From Patescibacteria group bacterium (GTDB lineage Bacteria; Patescibacteriota; Minisyncoccia; Phycocordibacterales; UBA2100), in contig JBBTSD010000003.1 of assembly GCA_038064835.1 (NCBI GenBank), positions 59,585 through 123,584 on the forward strand: 64,000 nucleotides of DNA, in the 5' to 3' direction. A model generated the notes under the pieces. The model ran no database searches and was not told where the DNA came from. It saw only the letters and a program-made list of their open reading frames with translations. Of this stretch, positions 1 through 8,743 are shown one piece after another. The translations under genes were made by a program, and so were the position numbers. Position 1 is the stretch's first letter, and the number at the start of each line of letters is the position of its first letter.

Positions 1-840
1 TCAAAACAACATGATTCATTTTGCGAAAGAGCGGATTGATGACGGGCTCATCGACAAACACATCGATTGCAGCGCCTCGGATTTTCTCCTCACTCAGAGC
101 CTTTAGTAGCGCGTCTTCATCAATCGTTCCACCTCGTGAGCTCTGAATGATGTAGGCCGTTGGCTTCATCAGAGACAACTCCTTCTTACCCAAAAGGCCT
201 TTTGTTCGCTGAGAGAATGGGACAGACAGTGAGACAAAATCGGCTTGCCGAAGCAGTGTATGCAATGACACCCTCCGTACTCCGCGTGTTTCAAATTCAT
301 AGTGCGGTCTTCCTGGGTCATACGCTATAACTTTCATGCCAAGCAACTTTGCTTTTTCAGCCGTAAGTCCACCTATCCGCCCGAAGCCAATTGTGCCGAA
401 CACTTTACCGTAAAGTTCGGGTCCTATCCCTGCTTCCTGATCCCATACGCCGGCCCGCATATACCTATCGGACCGAGCAATGTTCCGAGCAAGTACTATC
501 ATAGAGCCGATGATAAATTCCGCATTTGCAAGTGTATTGCCCCAGGGGGAATACACCACCGGGATACCGAGTTTCCGTGCCGTATCTGTATTTACATGAT
601 TGTAACCGGCAGTAGCCGTTGCAACAACGCGCAGACACGCGTGAACTCCGTCTGTTAGAACGCAACTGCGCACAGGAGTCGCGCTCCGAACAATCAATCC
701 GTCAAAATGCTTTATTTTCTTCAACAATCCATGCTCATCTAAACCGTAATCGACAGTGACATCGCATCTCCGCTGCAAATATACTAGCGCCACATCGCTA
801 AGCGGGTTAGTCACCAGTACTCTTGCTTTCATTTCCATAT
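1..840 (-). CDS. D-isomer-specific 2-hydroxyacid dehydrogenase (NAD-binding). Partial: the C-terminus runs off the window start.
   Basis: Hand translation of the minus strand gives MEMKARVLVTNPLSD... with the GFGRIG Rossmann motif. It is not in the ORF track because there is no stop inside the window. Confidence 0.7.
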
Positions 841-889
841 ACTAGCATCATCCAGATTCAGAGAACAACCCTCTGTCGACACCCGCCAA

Positions 890-935
890 AATTAAAAACA
901 CAGCATGTGGGACTTCGTAAGTCCCACATGCTGTG
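890..935 (-). terminator. Intrinsic terminator for the lamin-tail-domain gene: a 17-bp hairpin followed by a T-run on the minus strand. It is copy A of a repeated hairpin element.
   Basis: cacagcatgtgggacttcgtaagtcccacatgctgtg is flanked by aaaaa on the plus strand, which reads TTTTT on the minus strand. Confidence 0.6.
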
Positions 936-996
936 TATGAACACTTTTGAAAACATCAGCAGCACCGACAAGTGACAAGTGATTGCGTCTTCACAA

Positions 997-1039
997 ATGA
1001 GAAGGTCAGACCTTCCCACTGTTCTTCTGACCTCTCACA
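997..1039. repeat. Palindromic element, copy A (core GAAGGTC-N-GACCTTC plus flanking ATGAGA / TCTCACAT arms).
   Basis: atgagaaggtcagaccttc ... ttctgacctctcacat. Related copies lie at 39651 and 49644. Confidence 0.6.
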
Positions 1040-1054
1040 TATCACTAGGGCATC

Positions 1055-3724
1055 CTACAATCCGTAAGTCCACTCGATAATCCGATAATTAGTATGCGGA
1101 GGTTCTGTTGACCCAGAGGTCGTTGTTCCAAATTTAAACCAGTTCATAAAGTCAGCGAGGTCGTCGCCAAAGGTGCGCGTCTCGAAAAGGGCGACAAAGA
1201 ACTGTTCTGCCAGCGTTCCAACAATTCCTCCGGTAAAGTTCTCTTCACTTACAGGATCAAGCCCCAACGAATGCGCAAAAGCCTCGGTCGAACTCCCTCG
1301 CACACCACGGAACAGCACGCCCCATCGCGATGCGCTCGGGTGAATGAAGCCAGAGAGATAGGTGCAGGCAGTTCCTGTGGGTGTGTATGAGGAGCTGGGG
1401 GTAATTGCGGTGGTCTGTGGCGAGCAGTACCAGCCGGCGCTGGTGATACCTGTGCTGTTTTCGCGCCCCGGTGTGCCGTAAATCGAATTGCCTGCGCTGT
1501 CTGAGGCGCTCTTGGTATAGCCATCATTGGTGTGCCACGAGGAGGAGAGCGTGCCGTCGGTGGTGCCCAGGGTGCGTTCCATTGATACAGTGCGTTCGGT
1601 AATACCTTTTTCTGGTGATGAATTAACACTGATGGTGAGCGATCCTGCGCACCAGCCACTGCAAGTGGCGACCGCGGGTGTCTGATCAACGAGTATGGTG
1701 CCATTCATAAGTCGGACTTCCTCGCCACTGTCTGACAAGGTTTCGAACGGATACTCGTATGAGTGGTCGGCGGTTGTGGTGTCTGCAGTTCGCTCGATTA
1801 GATAGATGTCGGTGTTGTTGTCTGCATTTGCTGGCGGCAGTGTGCCAGAGAGTGTGATGTTGGGTGTGCCGTCTGCGGTGATGATTGCTAGGTTACTTAT
1901 GTTGAGTGTGTAGGCGCTAAGATTCTTGAGCTCAATCCATTCGCCCTCAGCATTTGCTGTAGTACCTGCCCATGCTACTTCATTAAGTATGATCGGTTGG
2001 GTAATGGTGGTGAGCGTGACGGAAGTAGATGTTGCGGTGTTTCCTGCAGAGTCTCTGGCGACGAGCGTGAGTGTCGAGGTGGCGTTTGAGGAGAGGGTAA
2101 GGGTCGTGCTGGTCGCAGTGGTTGATGCCAGCGCTGTTTCTCCCACATATATCTGATGCTCTGCTGCATCACTGTCATCATTCCATGTTGCAGTGACGGT
2201 GTTTCCTGGGACAAGACAGAACAATGTTGAAAGGGATAAATCACACTCTGTGATGGTGAGTGTGGGGGTAGATGGTGGTGTGGTGTCGGGGGCTGGGGTG
2301 GGTGGTGGTTCTGGTTCTGCTGGTGGCGCAGGTGGAGTTTCTGGCGTGGGAGTTGGCTCGGGCTCAGGTGTGGGTGCGGGCGTTGTTTGACTCCCTGAAG
2401 ATGTGGGTGGTGTATAGGGACTTCCTCCACCACCACTCCCACCCCATGCGCCATCGCCTGCGGTGAATCCCGTTGGGGGTGGTGCTGGGATGGGAAGTGG
2501 TGCGACAAGGAGTGGAGCGGTGGGTACGGGGATAGATGCAACGGGGACAAGTAGTGGTGGAGTGGGAGTGTATGGTATCTCGTCTCTGGTAGTGGGCGCA
2601 GTGGCTGGGGTGGGTGTTGGGCTGGTGGTGGGATTCTCTTCCAAGACAGGGAAACCGGTGCTTGGTTGTTGTGGTCCTGATTCGGTTGCAAATGGTACTG
2701 GTGTGGTTTCGGCACCACCGTCAAGAGCTGTGATTGCTGATGCTGATTGATTTTTGGAAAGACCTGCAATGCGATTACCCAGGAGATTTACCAGGTGTCC
2801 GCCCACTGTCATGAGGGGTTCAGCGATGTTACTTCCCACACGGTGTGCGAGCGCAAGTACGGGTGCGGCGACTTGCCCTGCTGGGTCACCGACAAGGAAT
2901 GCGACCTTCTTGGCGTAGTATGCGGCGGTGCTTTCTGGTGGTGGGATGCATGGTTGGCTGGTATCACGGGTTGGTTCTGCTTCAAGTCGTGAGAGCAGGA
3001 AGGCAATGGTGCCTGCGATATCGGTCGGTCGTTCGGCAAGGTAGGTGGTGCTGATGCCGTGGCCTGCCCATTCGCTTCCCACTTCGGTGGGGTTGCGGGG
3101 GATGCTGGTGTTTGCAGGAAGTGGTTGAGGATAGCCGGATTCTTTTGCTGTTTGGCGTACTTCTGCAATGACTGCGTCGTTTGCATTGGTGAGGTACTTT
3201 CCGTGTCCTGCCACATAGCTTGCGGGGGTGGCTATGTTGTATACCGCAAGTGATTTGGCAGGCACACCTCGTTTGATGAGGTAGTCGTACAGAGCGTTTG
3301 CATAGAAAGTGCCCTGCGAGTGACCGAGTATTAGTATCTTTTGCGTCTTCACCTCTTGCGCCAGTTGTTTGGTGATGGTGAGTAGGTCGAAGTCTTCCTC
3401 GGTCTTCCCTTCTGACTCCCAGGTTTTTTGTAGCATTGACTTCAGTACATCGCCGATGCCGCCGAGGTGGGTGGGGTTGTGAGCAAGTTTTACCGGAACC
3501 AAACCGGTTGTTTGCGGGACACGAGCCCAAAGTTCTGCTTGAATTTTCTCAGCATCTACCTTGGCTTTGTCGTATTCAGTAAAAATCCCATTTATGTAGA
3601 CGACAGTCTCCTTGTTGGTACTACAAGTATCTTCTGAGGCGACAATATATAGTGGCGTCGAGAGCAGAAAAATTAATATTCCTAAAACTGTGCCACCCGC
3701 CAAGCAAGAAACTTTTCGGTTCAT
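1055..3724 (-). CDS. Large secreted multidomain protein: N-terminal signal/TM, alpha/beta-hydrolase (lipase-type GHSQG), Pro/Thr-rich linker, Ig/Fn3-like region and a lamin-tail domain (LTD).
   Basis: The 901-aa ORF contains ILILGHSQGTFYA, a PTPEPEPTPTP low-complexity linker, and LNEVAWAGTTANAEGEWIELKN (LTD signature). The start is probably at MNRKVS after an internal Met. Confidence 0.7.
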   Translation of the reverse strand: MNRKVSCLAGGTVLGILIFLLSTPLYIVASEDTCSTNKETVVYINGIFTEYDKAKVDAEKIQAELWARVPQTTGLVPVKLAHNPTHLGGIGDVLKSMLQKTWESEGKTEEDFDLLTITKQLAQEVKTQKILILGHSQGTFYANALYDYLIKRGVPAKSLAVYNIATPASYVAGHGKYLTNANDAVIAEVRQTAKESGYPQPLPANTSIPRNPTEVGSEWAGHGISTTYLAERPTDIAGTIAFLLSRLEAEPTRDTSQPCIPPPESTAAYYAKKVAFLVGDPAGQVAAPVLALAHRVGSNIAEPLMTVGGHLVNLLGNRIAGLSKNQSASAITALDGGAETTPVPFATESGPQQPSTGFPVLEENPTTSPTPTPATAPTTRDEIPYTPTPPLLVPVASIPVPTAPLLVAPLPIPAPPPTGFTAGDGAWGGSGGGGSPYTPPTSSGSQTTPAPTPEPEPTPTPETPPAPPAEPEPPPTPAPDTTPPSTPTLTITECDLSLSTLFCLVPGNTVTATWNDDSDAAEHQIYVGETALASTTATSTTLTLSSNATSTLTLVARDSAGNTATSTSVTLTTITQPIILNEVAWAGTTANAEGEWIELKNLSAYTLNISNLAIITADGTPNITLSGTLPPANADNNTDIYLIERTADTTTADHSYEYPFETLSDSGEEVRLMNGTILVDQTPAVATCSGWCAGSLTISVNSSPEKGITERTVSMERTLGTTDGTLSSSWHTNDGYTKSASDSAGNSIYGTPGRENSTGITSAGWYCSPQTTAITPSSSYTPTGTACTYLSGFIHPSASRWGVLFRGVRGSSTEAFAHSLGLDPVSEENFTGGIVGTLAEQFFVALFETRTFGDDLADFMNWFKFGTTTSGSTEPPHTNYRIIEWTYGL

Positions 3725-3731
3725 AAGCAAC

Positions 3732-4451
3732 CTAATCATCCAAACTACCGAACTGCACATCGCAGTCTAAAGGCTTGTGTCGATTGAAATTAGGGTTCCC
3801 ATTTCTTGCATATCGATTTGTATCAGAATGAGCTTTTTTGCGATCGTCATTGTTTAGAACCTGTGATTCCACTTCTCCAGTAAGAGCTTGTACTATTTTG
3901 TAATGCTCACTCCCAAGGCTGTTCCCCAAATCCATTTCTTCGCGAGTCCACTGTTGAAGTGGCTTCCTCGGAAGAAGAGTCATGTCCGTTTCATGCAACT
4001 TGTCCAGACAAGAACCTGCCCGTACATACTCATATATTGCACTGTCTAAAGTAGTTCCATTGAAAACATCAGTAAAAAAGCTCTGCAACGCCTGGGCATA
4101 CTGCAACTGCGCAGCACGGATTTTGGCAGACTCGGGGTGGCGACGCCAGATTTCCAATTCCACATCATCCCGTACGCCGTTGTTATTTACATCAATTCCC
4201 GCGACAGTCTTGTTGTTCTTTTTTGCATCTGGCGCAGGTGGCAAGTTCTTTCCCATCACCATGTCCATGGTTACTTTGCGTGCATGGATTCTCTCTACTG
4301 CTTTGGGTGCGATATACCATTTGTATACCATTATCAGTACTCCAATGCCGTACAGCACTGCACAAACAATCAAAATCCACTTGAGAACTTTTTTTGTTTT
4401 CACCCATGCACTCACCTGGACCGACGGATCCGCAGATAACAGATGATTCAT
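3732..4451 (-). CDS. Hypothetical membrane-anchored protein (single N-terminal TM).
   Basis: 239-aa ORF with a hydrophobic segment ILIVCAVLYGIGVLIMVY. No recognisable domain. Confidence 0.45.
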   Translation of the reverse strand: MNHLLSADPSVQVSAWVKTKKVLKWILIVCAVLYGIGVLIMVYKWYIAPKAVERIHARKVTMDMVMGKNLPPAPDAKKNNKTVAGIDVNNNGVRDDVELEIWRRHPESAKIRAAQLQYAQALQSFFTDVFNGTTLDSAIYEYVRAGSCLDKLHETDMTLLPRKPLQQWTREEMDLGNSLGSEHYKIVQALTGEVESQVLNNDDRKKAHSDTNRYARNGNPNFNRHKPLDCDVQFGSLDD

Positions 4452-4512
4452 GCTCCAACTTTAGCATTTCCAATATGCTCTGCAATAATCATTTATTTAT
4501 TGTTGCAACGAA

Positions 4513-4547
4513 AAGCCGCCCATGGCTCGAGTGAGCCATGGGCGGTG
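4513..4547 (-). terminator. Hairpin terminator downstream of the small-membrane-protein pair.
   Basis: ccgcccatggctc gag tgagccatgggcgg is a 13-bp stem, followed by cttttcgtt on the minus strand. Confidence 0.55.
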
Positions 4548-4593
4548 AGTGTTAGTGCGTGCCTTCAGAAGCCGTCGCGGAAGCGATTCGAGG

Positions 4594-4926
4594 TTAGGAC
4601 CTCTGGTCACACTCGATCAGACCGCCCGAGTAGGTCTTGCAGGTCAGCGGCCCCGGATTCTTGAGGTAGCTGACGATGACCTCGGCGCTGTCGGTCGAGA
4701 GCTCACGACCGCCGCAGGCAAAGTAGAGCCTGATGCGGTCACTGCTCGTGGCCTTGGGGCCACTCACGGTGCAGATTTCAGTCTTCGCAGTTCTATCGCG
4801 GAGACCGACGTCGTGGAACATGGCCTGGAAGCCGGCAATGACAATCGTCACCATGAGAGTGAGGGCCAGAACGGGCCACGGAATGATGAGGGCCGAGATG
4901 CCTTCGCCGATTTTTTTCATCACCAT
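4594..4926 (-). CDS. Small membrane/secreted protein with four C-terminal Cys residues.
   Basis: AAGGAG sits 6 nt upstream of ATG GTG ATG AAA (MVMKKIG...). TM segment PWPVLALTLMVTIVIAGF. It is 12 nt downstream of the preceding gene. Confidence 0.55.
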   Translation of the reverse strand: MVMKKIGEGISALIIPWPVLALTLMVTIVIAGFQAMFHDVGLRDRTAKTEICTVSGPKATSSDRIRLYFACGGRELSTDSAEVIVSYLKNPGPLTCKTYSGGLIECDQRS

Positions 4927-4937
4927 AGGTGTTCTCC

Positions 4938-5396
4938 TTATTGCTTGAACTTGATGACAGGGCAGACCTTCTGCTTCATGGCAACCAGAGATTGCCACAA
5001 GACAGAGAGAATGTCGGGCTCTTTGGGCGCGAATACCTGCGCGGTCTTGCGCGCGCGGTCGTCGAGCCAGTCGCTTGCGACTCCCGCAAACTTGGTGAGG
5101 CCGTAGATAGCCGCAACGAAGAGCGCGATGCCGGCGTATACCGCGACGGTGCTACCGAACCCGAAGAGCTGGAACGGCAGGCCAAGGCACACATACAGCA
5201 GGCCGGCATACACCGCGAGGTGCATCCCGATCACGAGCGGCGCCCACCCGCAAGTCACGCGGATGTACTGGCACAGCGAAGTGCCAGTGGCCAAGAACTC
5301 GCGACTAGAGATGCCGTTGCCGGCGCGGGTAGTATTGATGATGTCGGCCGACCAGAGGAACCAGCGCGAGGCTGGCTTGTCCGAACTCAAGTCCAT
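4938..5396 (-). CDS. Hypothetical polytopic membrane protein.
   Basis: 152 aa with two or three hydrophobic helices. It follows an AAGGAAGG RBS and a consensus promoter. Confidence 0.55.
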   Translation of the reverse strand: MDLSSDKPASRWFLWSADIINTTRAGNGISSREFLATGTSLCQYIRVTCGWAPLVIGMHLAVYAGLLYVCLGLPFQLFGFGSTVAVYAGIALFVAAIYGLTKFAGVASDWLDDRARKTAQVFAPKEPDILSVLWQSLVAMKQKVCPVIKFKQ

Positions 5397-5464
5397 TCGG
5401 ATAGTCCTTCCTTAGTTAAGGTTCAGTCTCGCAACGCCAGAGTAGACTCTAGCGAGCAATTGCT

Positions 5465-5493
5465 ATTATACACCCAAAATTGGTATAAGTCAA
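5465..5493 (-). promoter_or_regulatory. Sigma70-type promoter (TTGACT-17-TATAAT) for the membrane-protein pair.
   Basis: The minus strand reads aacTTGACTtataccaattttgggtgTATAATagc. Confidence 0.55.
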
Positions 5494-5520
5494 GTTCTTT
5501 GTATTTGGAGCTTTTTTGGC

Positions 5521-7248
5521 TTACCCGCAGAGAATTCGTGCCAATTTAAGGTCGTCGAACGAGTACACGCCCTTGAGGGCCGCGTGGACTGGCGAGAGCT
5601 TGTCGGTGCCGTAGGCCTGGAAGGCTTCGGCAATTCGCGGAAGCGCACGGCGCAGTTGTGAAGAAATCATGCGTTCAATTTGTTGTTTGGTCACTTCGTC
5701 TTTGACATACAATGTCTGCAAATGATCAATCACCGTCCCTTCTTTTATATCCCGTGCACGGGCAATGTCTGAAATACTTTTCCCTGAGCGAATAAGTGCG
5801 AGCGTAGTTTCATGCGTGCCTTCTTTCGGAGCTGAGCCGCGCCCTTTCTTTTTCTTGGGCGCCACTCCACCCACCAACGATCCACCGGCGGAATTCAAAA
5901 ACAGACCAACAATCTCGTCGTGTTCACTTGGCTGCATCGCTGAAAATCGCGCGCGCGCATCTGCCGATTGCTGTTTGAAATTGCGTTCTTGGTGCGCCAC
6001 TTCGGGGTGCACTTCGAGTGCGCGTTCGTTGTATCCCACCACATGCAATCCATCGAGTGCGCGCACGCGAGAGAGCGCGACATAACCCTGCCCATATTCA
6101 AATGCTTTTGAGAGATCAACAACTGCTTGGTCGAGCGTCATGCCCTGGCTCTTGTGCACAGTGATTGCCCACGCAAGACGGAGTGGGAGCTGGGTAATGC
6201 GCGCCAAAATTCTGCCGGCCTCGCCCATTGTCCATTCCATAGGCACCACGGTGATAGTGCGTCCATCTATAGTGCGCACGCGCGGGGTCCCGTCAAACGC
6301 AATCTCCATAACATCGCCCACAGTACCGTTGGCAAACTGTCCGCCAATAATGTCATTCTTGGTAAACATGACGCGCGCACCCTTTTTCAGTACCAATGAT
6401 TCCGGAGAAAGACATCCGCGTTTGAGCGAAGCAACCGCCATATCCGACCCCTTGCCAGTCATGTTGTATGTGTGCGATTTCCCAGATATCGATTCAAGGC
6501 GTTCGCTGTTGATGCGATCCACATCCCGGTTGTGCGAAAAAAGTCGTGGCGCTTCTTTTGGCGCTTCAGCTTCCTTTACCACGCGCGACTTGAGCGAGTC
6601 GCGCACTTTTTCAAGTTCCTCACCTCGGCGCACGGCCTGCAACAATTCCAAAAACGAATCGTTTGCTTGGCGATGCTGTTCACTCAGGTAGCACACGATT
6701 GGATTGAGTTCGTACCATGCGCGCGAACGAAACGCGAAAGGCGATGTCTGATCTTCATCCACATCAACACCATCACCCCCGCCATAGCTGCGTCGCACCA
6801 CAGGTGGTAATTGAAAAAAATCACCCACCACCACCACCTGCATACCACCAAACGGTGTCGAGCGTTCGCGCGCCGCCCGTAATATCTGATCCAACATATC
6901 GAGCAAGGAGCCAGAGAGCATTGATATCTCGTCGATAATCAAAACATCAGCACCAGTCAATCGCCGTTTCACATTTTTATTTTCTGCGATGGATGCAACA
7001 TCATACTCGGTGAGATATTCGCGCACGCCAATACCGCTCCACGAATGCAATGTCATACCGCCGATATGTGTGGCGGCAATACCAGTCGAAGCAGTGATGG
7101 CCGGCTCAATACCATGATCCCGCAACCATGCCACATAGGTGTTTATAGTGTGCGTCTTGCCACTTCCCGGCTCGCCCGTGAGAAATACATTCGCGCCTGT
7201 GCGTAGAATCTGCAATGCTTCTTCCTGCATCATGCGGGGATTGTACAC
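5521..7248 (-). CDS. PIF1/RecD-like ATP-dependent DNA helicase with a C-terminal helix-turn-helix domain.
   Basis: Walker A GEPGSGKT, Walker B DEISML, and SF1 helicase motifs. C-terminal TLALIRSGKSISDIARARDIKEGTV resembles an HTH. Confidence 0.75.
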   Translation of the reverse strand: MYNPRMMQEEALQILRTGANVFLTGEPGSGKTHTINTYVAWLRDHGIEPAITASTGIAATHIGGMTLHSWSGIGVREYLTEYDVASIAENKNVKRRLTGADVLIIDEISMLSGSLLDMLDQILRAARERSTPFGGMQVVVVGDFFQLPPVVRRSYGGGDGVDVDEDQTSPFAFRSRAWYELNPIVCYLSEQHRQANDSFLELLQAVRRGEELEKVRDSLKSRVVKEAEAPKEAPRLFSHNRDVDRINSERLESISGKSHTYNMTGKGSDMAVASLKRGCLSPESLVLKKGARVMFTKNDIIGGQFANGTVGDVMEIAFDGTPRVRTIDGRTITVVPMEWTMGEAGRILARITQLPLRLAWAITVHKSQGMTLDQAVVDLSKAFEYGQGYVALSRVRALDGLHVVGYNERALEVHPEVAHQERNFKQQSADARARFSAMQPSEHDEIVGLFLNSAGGSLVGGVAPKKKKGRGSAPKEGTHETTLALIRSGKSISDIARARDIKEGTVIDHLQTLYVKDEVTKQQIERMISSQLRRALPRIAEAFQAYGTDKLSPVHAALKGVYSFDDLKLARILCG

Positions 7249-7328
7249 TACCTGACGCCACCTGCCTTCTTCCGCAGGTTGGTGCCCTGTGCTAGATTCA
7301 AGACAGTACGGAAACGGAGAGACGCACG

Positions 7329-7706
7329 ATGGCCAGAGTGGTCAAACAACTACCCTTTGACGGAGGCTATCTCTACGATGTGCTTACCGGCGCAAAAAGA
7401 ATCACCATTCGGCGCTACCGGCAAGGAAAGCACGATTTTAACGCCGGCGAAGTTATCTATGGTGATTTCAAAGGTGAATTAAAGATTCTCATCCGCATCA
7501 CTGCCAAGGTTGATTTGAAACCTTTTGGTTCGCTGACCAAGGCGGAAGCCCGTGAAGACGGGTTCAACGATGCGAATGATGCCTTCAACGATTTGCGTAA
7601 ATACTATCCGCAACTTAAGAAAACCGAAATGGCGGCCGTCATCCGCTTTGAAGTAGCAAAGATTGATGGCGTGCCAGCGGTGAGCTTGAGTGGCGAACGC
7701 GAGTAA
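7329..7706 (+). CDS. ASCH/PUA-like domain protein.
   Basis: 125 aa. The size and fold signature (ITIRRY...GDFKGELKILIRIT) fit an ASCH domain. Weak. Confidence 0.45.
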   Translation: MARVVKQLPFDGGYLYDVLTGAKRITIRRYRQGKHDFNAGEVIYGDFKGELKILIRITAKVDLKPFGSLTKAEAREDGFNDANDAFNDLRKYYPQLKKTEMAAVIRFEVAKIDGVPAVSLSGERE

Positions 7707-7715
7707 CTTGCTTAT

Positions 7716-7763
7716 ACAAAAAGCACCGGTCAATGACCGGTGCTTGTGTGTTTTGCTTTTTGC
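7716..7763. terminator. Bidirectional intrinsic terminator between convergent genes.
   Basis: agcaccggtca a tgaccggtgct is an 11-bp perfect stem with an A-run upstream and a T-run downstream. Confidence 0.65.
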
Positions 7764-7777
7764 ATTTTCGCGAGGAC

Positions 7778-8743
7778 TTACGAAAAATCCTTGCTTCCCA
7801 GAGTTGTGTGATCGGCCGTGGTCACATCTGCGCCATCCCCACCAGTATCACTACTAGTCGGCACTGGCACAGGATCACCGAGCGCGGCAGCACCAAGTGC
7901 TGTCGCCATGGGAGACGGATCGCCTACAACAACATGTGGGACAGGTTCAGCGTCATCAAAGCCTGCCGTCACACCCGCACCACCAGCTTCGCCGCCACGG
8001 CCATAGAATACTTCTTGGGCCTGTGTCGGATGATTCGAGTGGCCGGCCTGTAAGAGCTGGCTCATCAGCCAGACATCGAGCAAGCTCAGGCCAGTTGAGT
8101 CACTGCTTCGCACGGGCGCCTGCCGTTGCGCTTGCACGCGCGCCGACGATTGGCGGAGCGCTGTGGCAATCTGCGGATCAAGTAAGTAGTTGGGCCGCGC
8201 TTGGCGCATCCGTGAGAGTTTCTCGAGTCCAGCCACCTGTTTTTTCAGATCGACTTCTGCGCGACCAAGCGCCTGCAATTCGGTGCGATATTTCTTGATA
8301 TCGGCTTCAATCAAACTGGCCAGATGAAGCCAGTCAGGTTTGATCGGAAGCAAGCCAAGGTAGGAGGTAAGTTTTACACGAAGCATGCTCATTGGCAGAG
8401 CGCGCGTATTGGCCCGACGCCATGCCACACCACCGCCAGTCATCCAAACCCAAAATGGGGCATTGACTTTCGCTTCCGCCACCAAGTCTTGCACATCGCT
8501 TCGTGCACCAAACTCGGGCACTTGGTTGCGTAATTTTTTGAGCGTACCTCGCTCAACATCGGGAAGCAGGCTTTGTGCCCTGGTGCGATAGTAATCACCG
8601 AGTCGCTTTTCGTCGATCCGGATTAAACCTTCTAACTCGCGACGCCGACCTGCGATTTCACGCAAGCGCGCCTCGAGCGCACCCCGCACAGTTGCCACAT
8701 CAGCATTGCTGATGTCCCCGGTAGGGACAGCCTTTCTCATCAT
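7778..8743 (-). CDS. Hypothetical protein (coiled-coil middle, Ala/Gly-rich tail), translationally coupled to the upstream glycosyltransferase-like gene.
   Basis: An ATGA overlap puts its start over the stop of the 8740..9792 gene. No recognisable domain. Confidence 0.5.
   Translation of the reverse strand: MMRKAVPTGDISNADVATVRGALEARLREIAGRRRELEGLIRIDEKRLGDYYRTRAQSLLPDVERGTLKKLRNQVPEFGARSDVQDLVAEAKVNAPFWVWMTGGGVAWRRANTRALPMSMLRVKLTSYLGLLPIKPDWLHLASLIEADIKKYRTELQALGRAEVDLKKQVAGLEKLSRMRQARPNYLLDPQIATALRQSSARVQAQRQAPVRSSDSTGLSLLDVWLMSQLLQAGHSNHPTQAQEVFYGRGGEAGGAGVTAGFDDAEPVPHVVVGDPSPMATALGAAALGDPVPVPTSSDTGGDGADVTTADHTTLGSKDFS

Noticed and set aside
1249-3530. Multiple overlapping ORFs inside the lamin-tail-domain gene (Pro/His/Arg-rich).
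   Set aside because: They are alternative frames of a Pro/Thr-rich linker. The 901-aa frame has recognisable lipase and LTD domains.
4549-5106. 185-aa plus-strand ORF (MLVRAFRSRRGSDSRLG...).
   Set aside because: It is antisense to a minus-strand gene that has an AAGGAG RBS, a TM helix and its own terminator. The Arg/Ala/Gly-rich composition is typical of a spurious GC-rich reverse frame.
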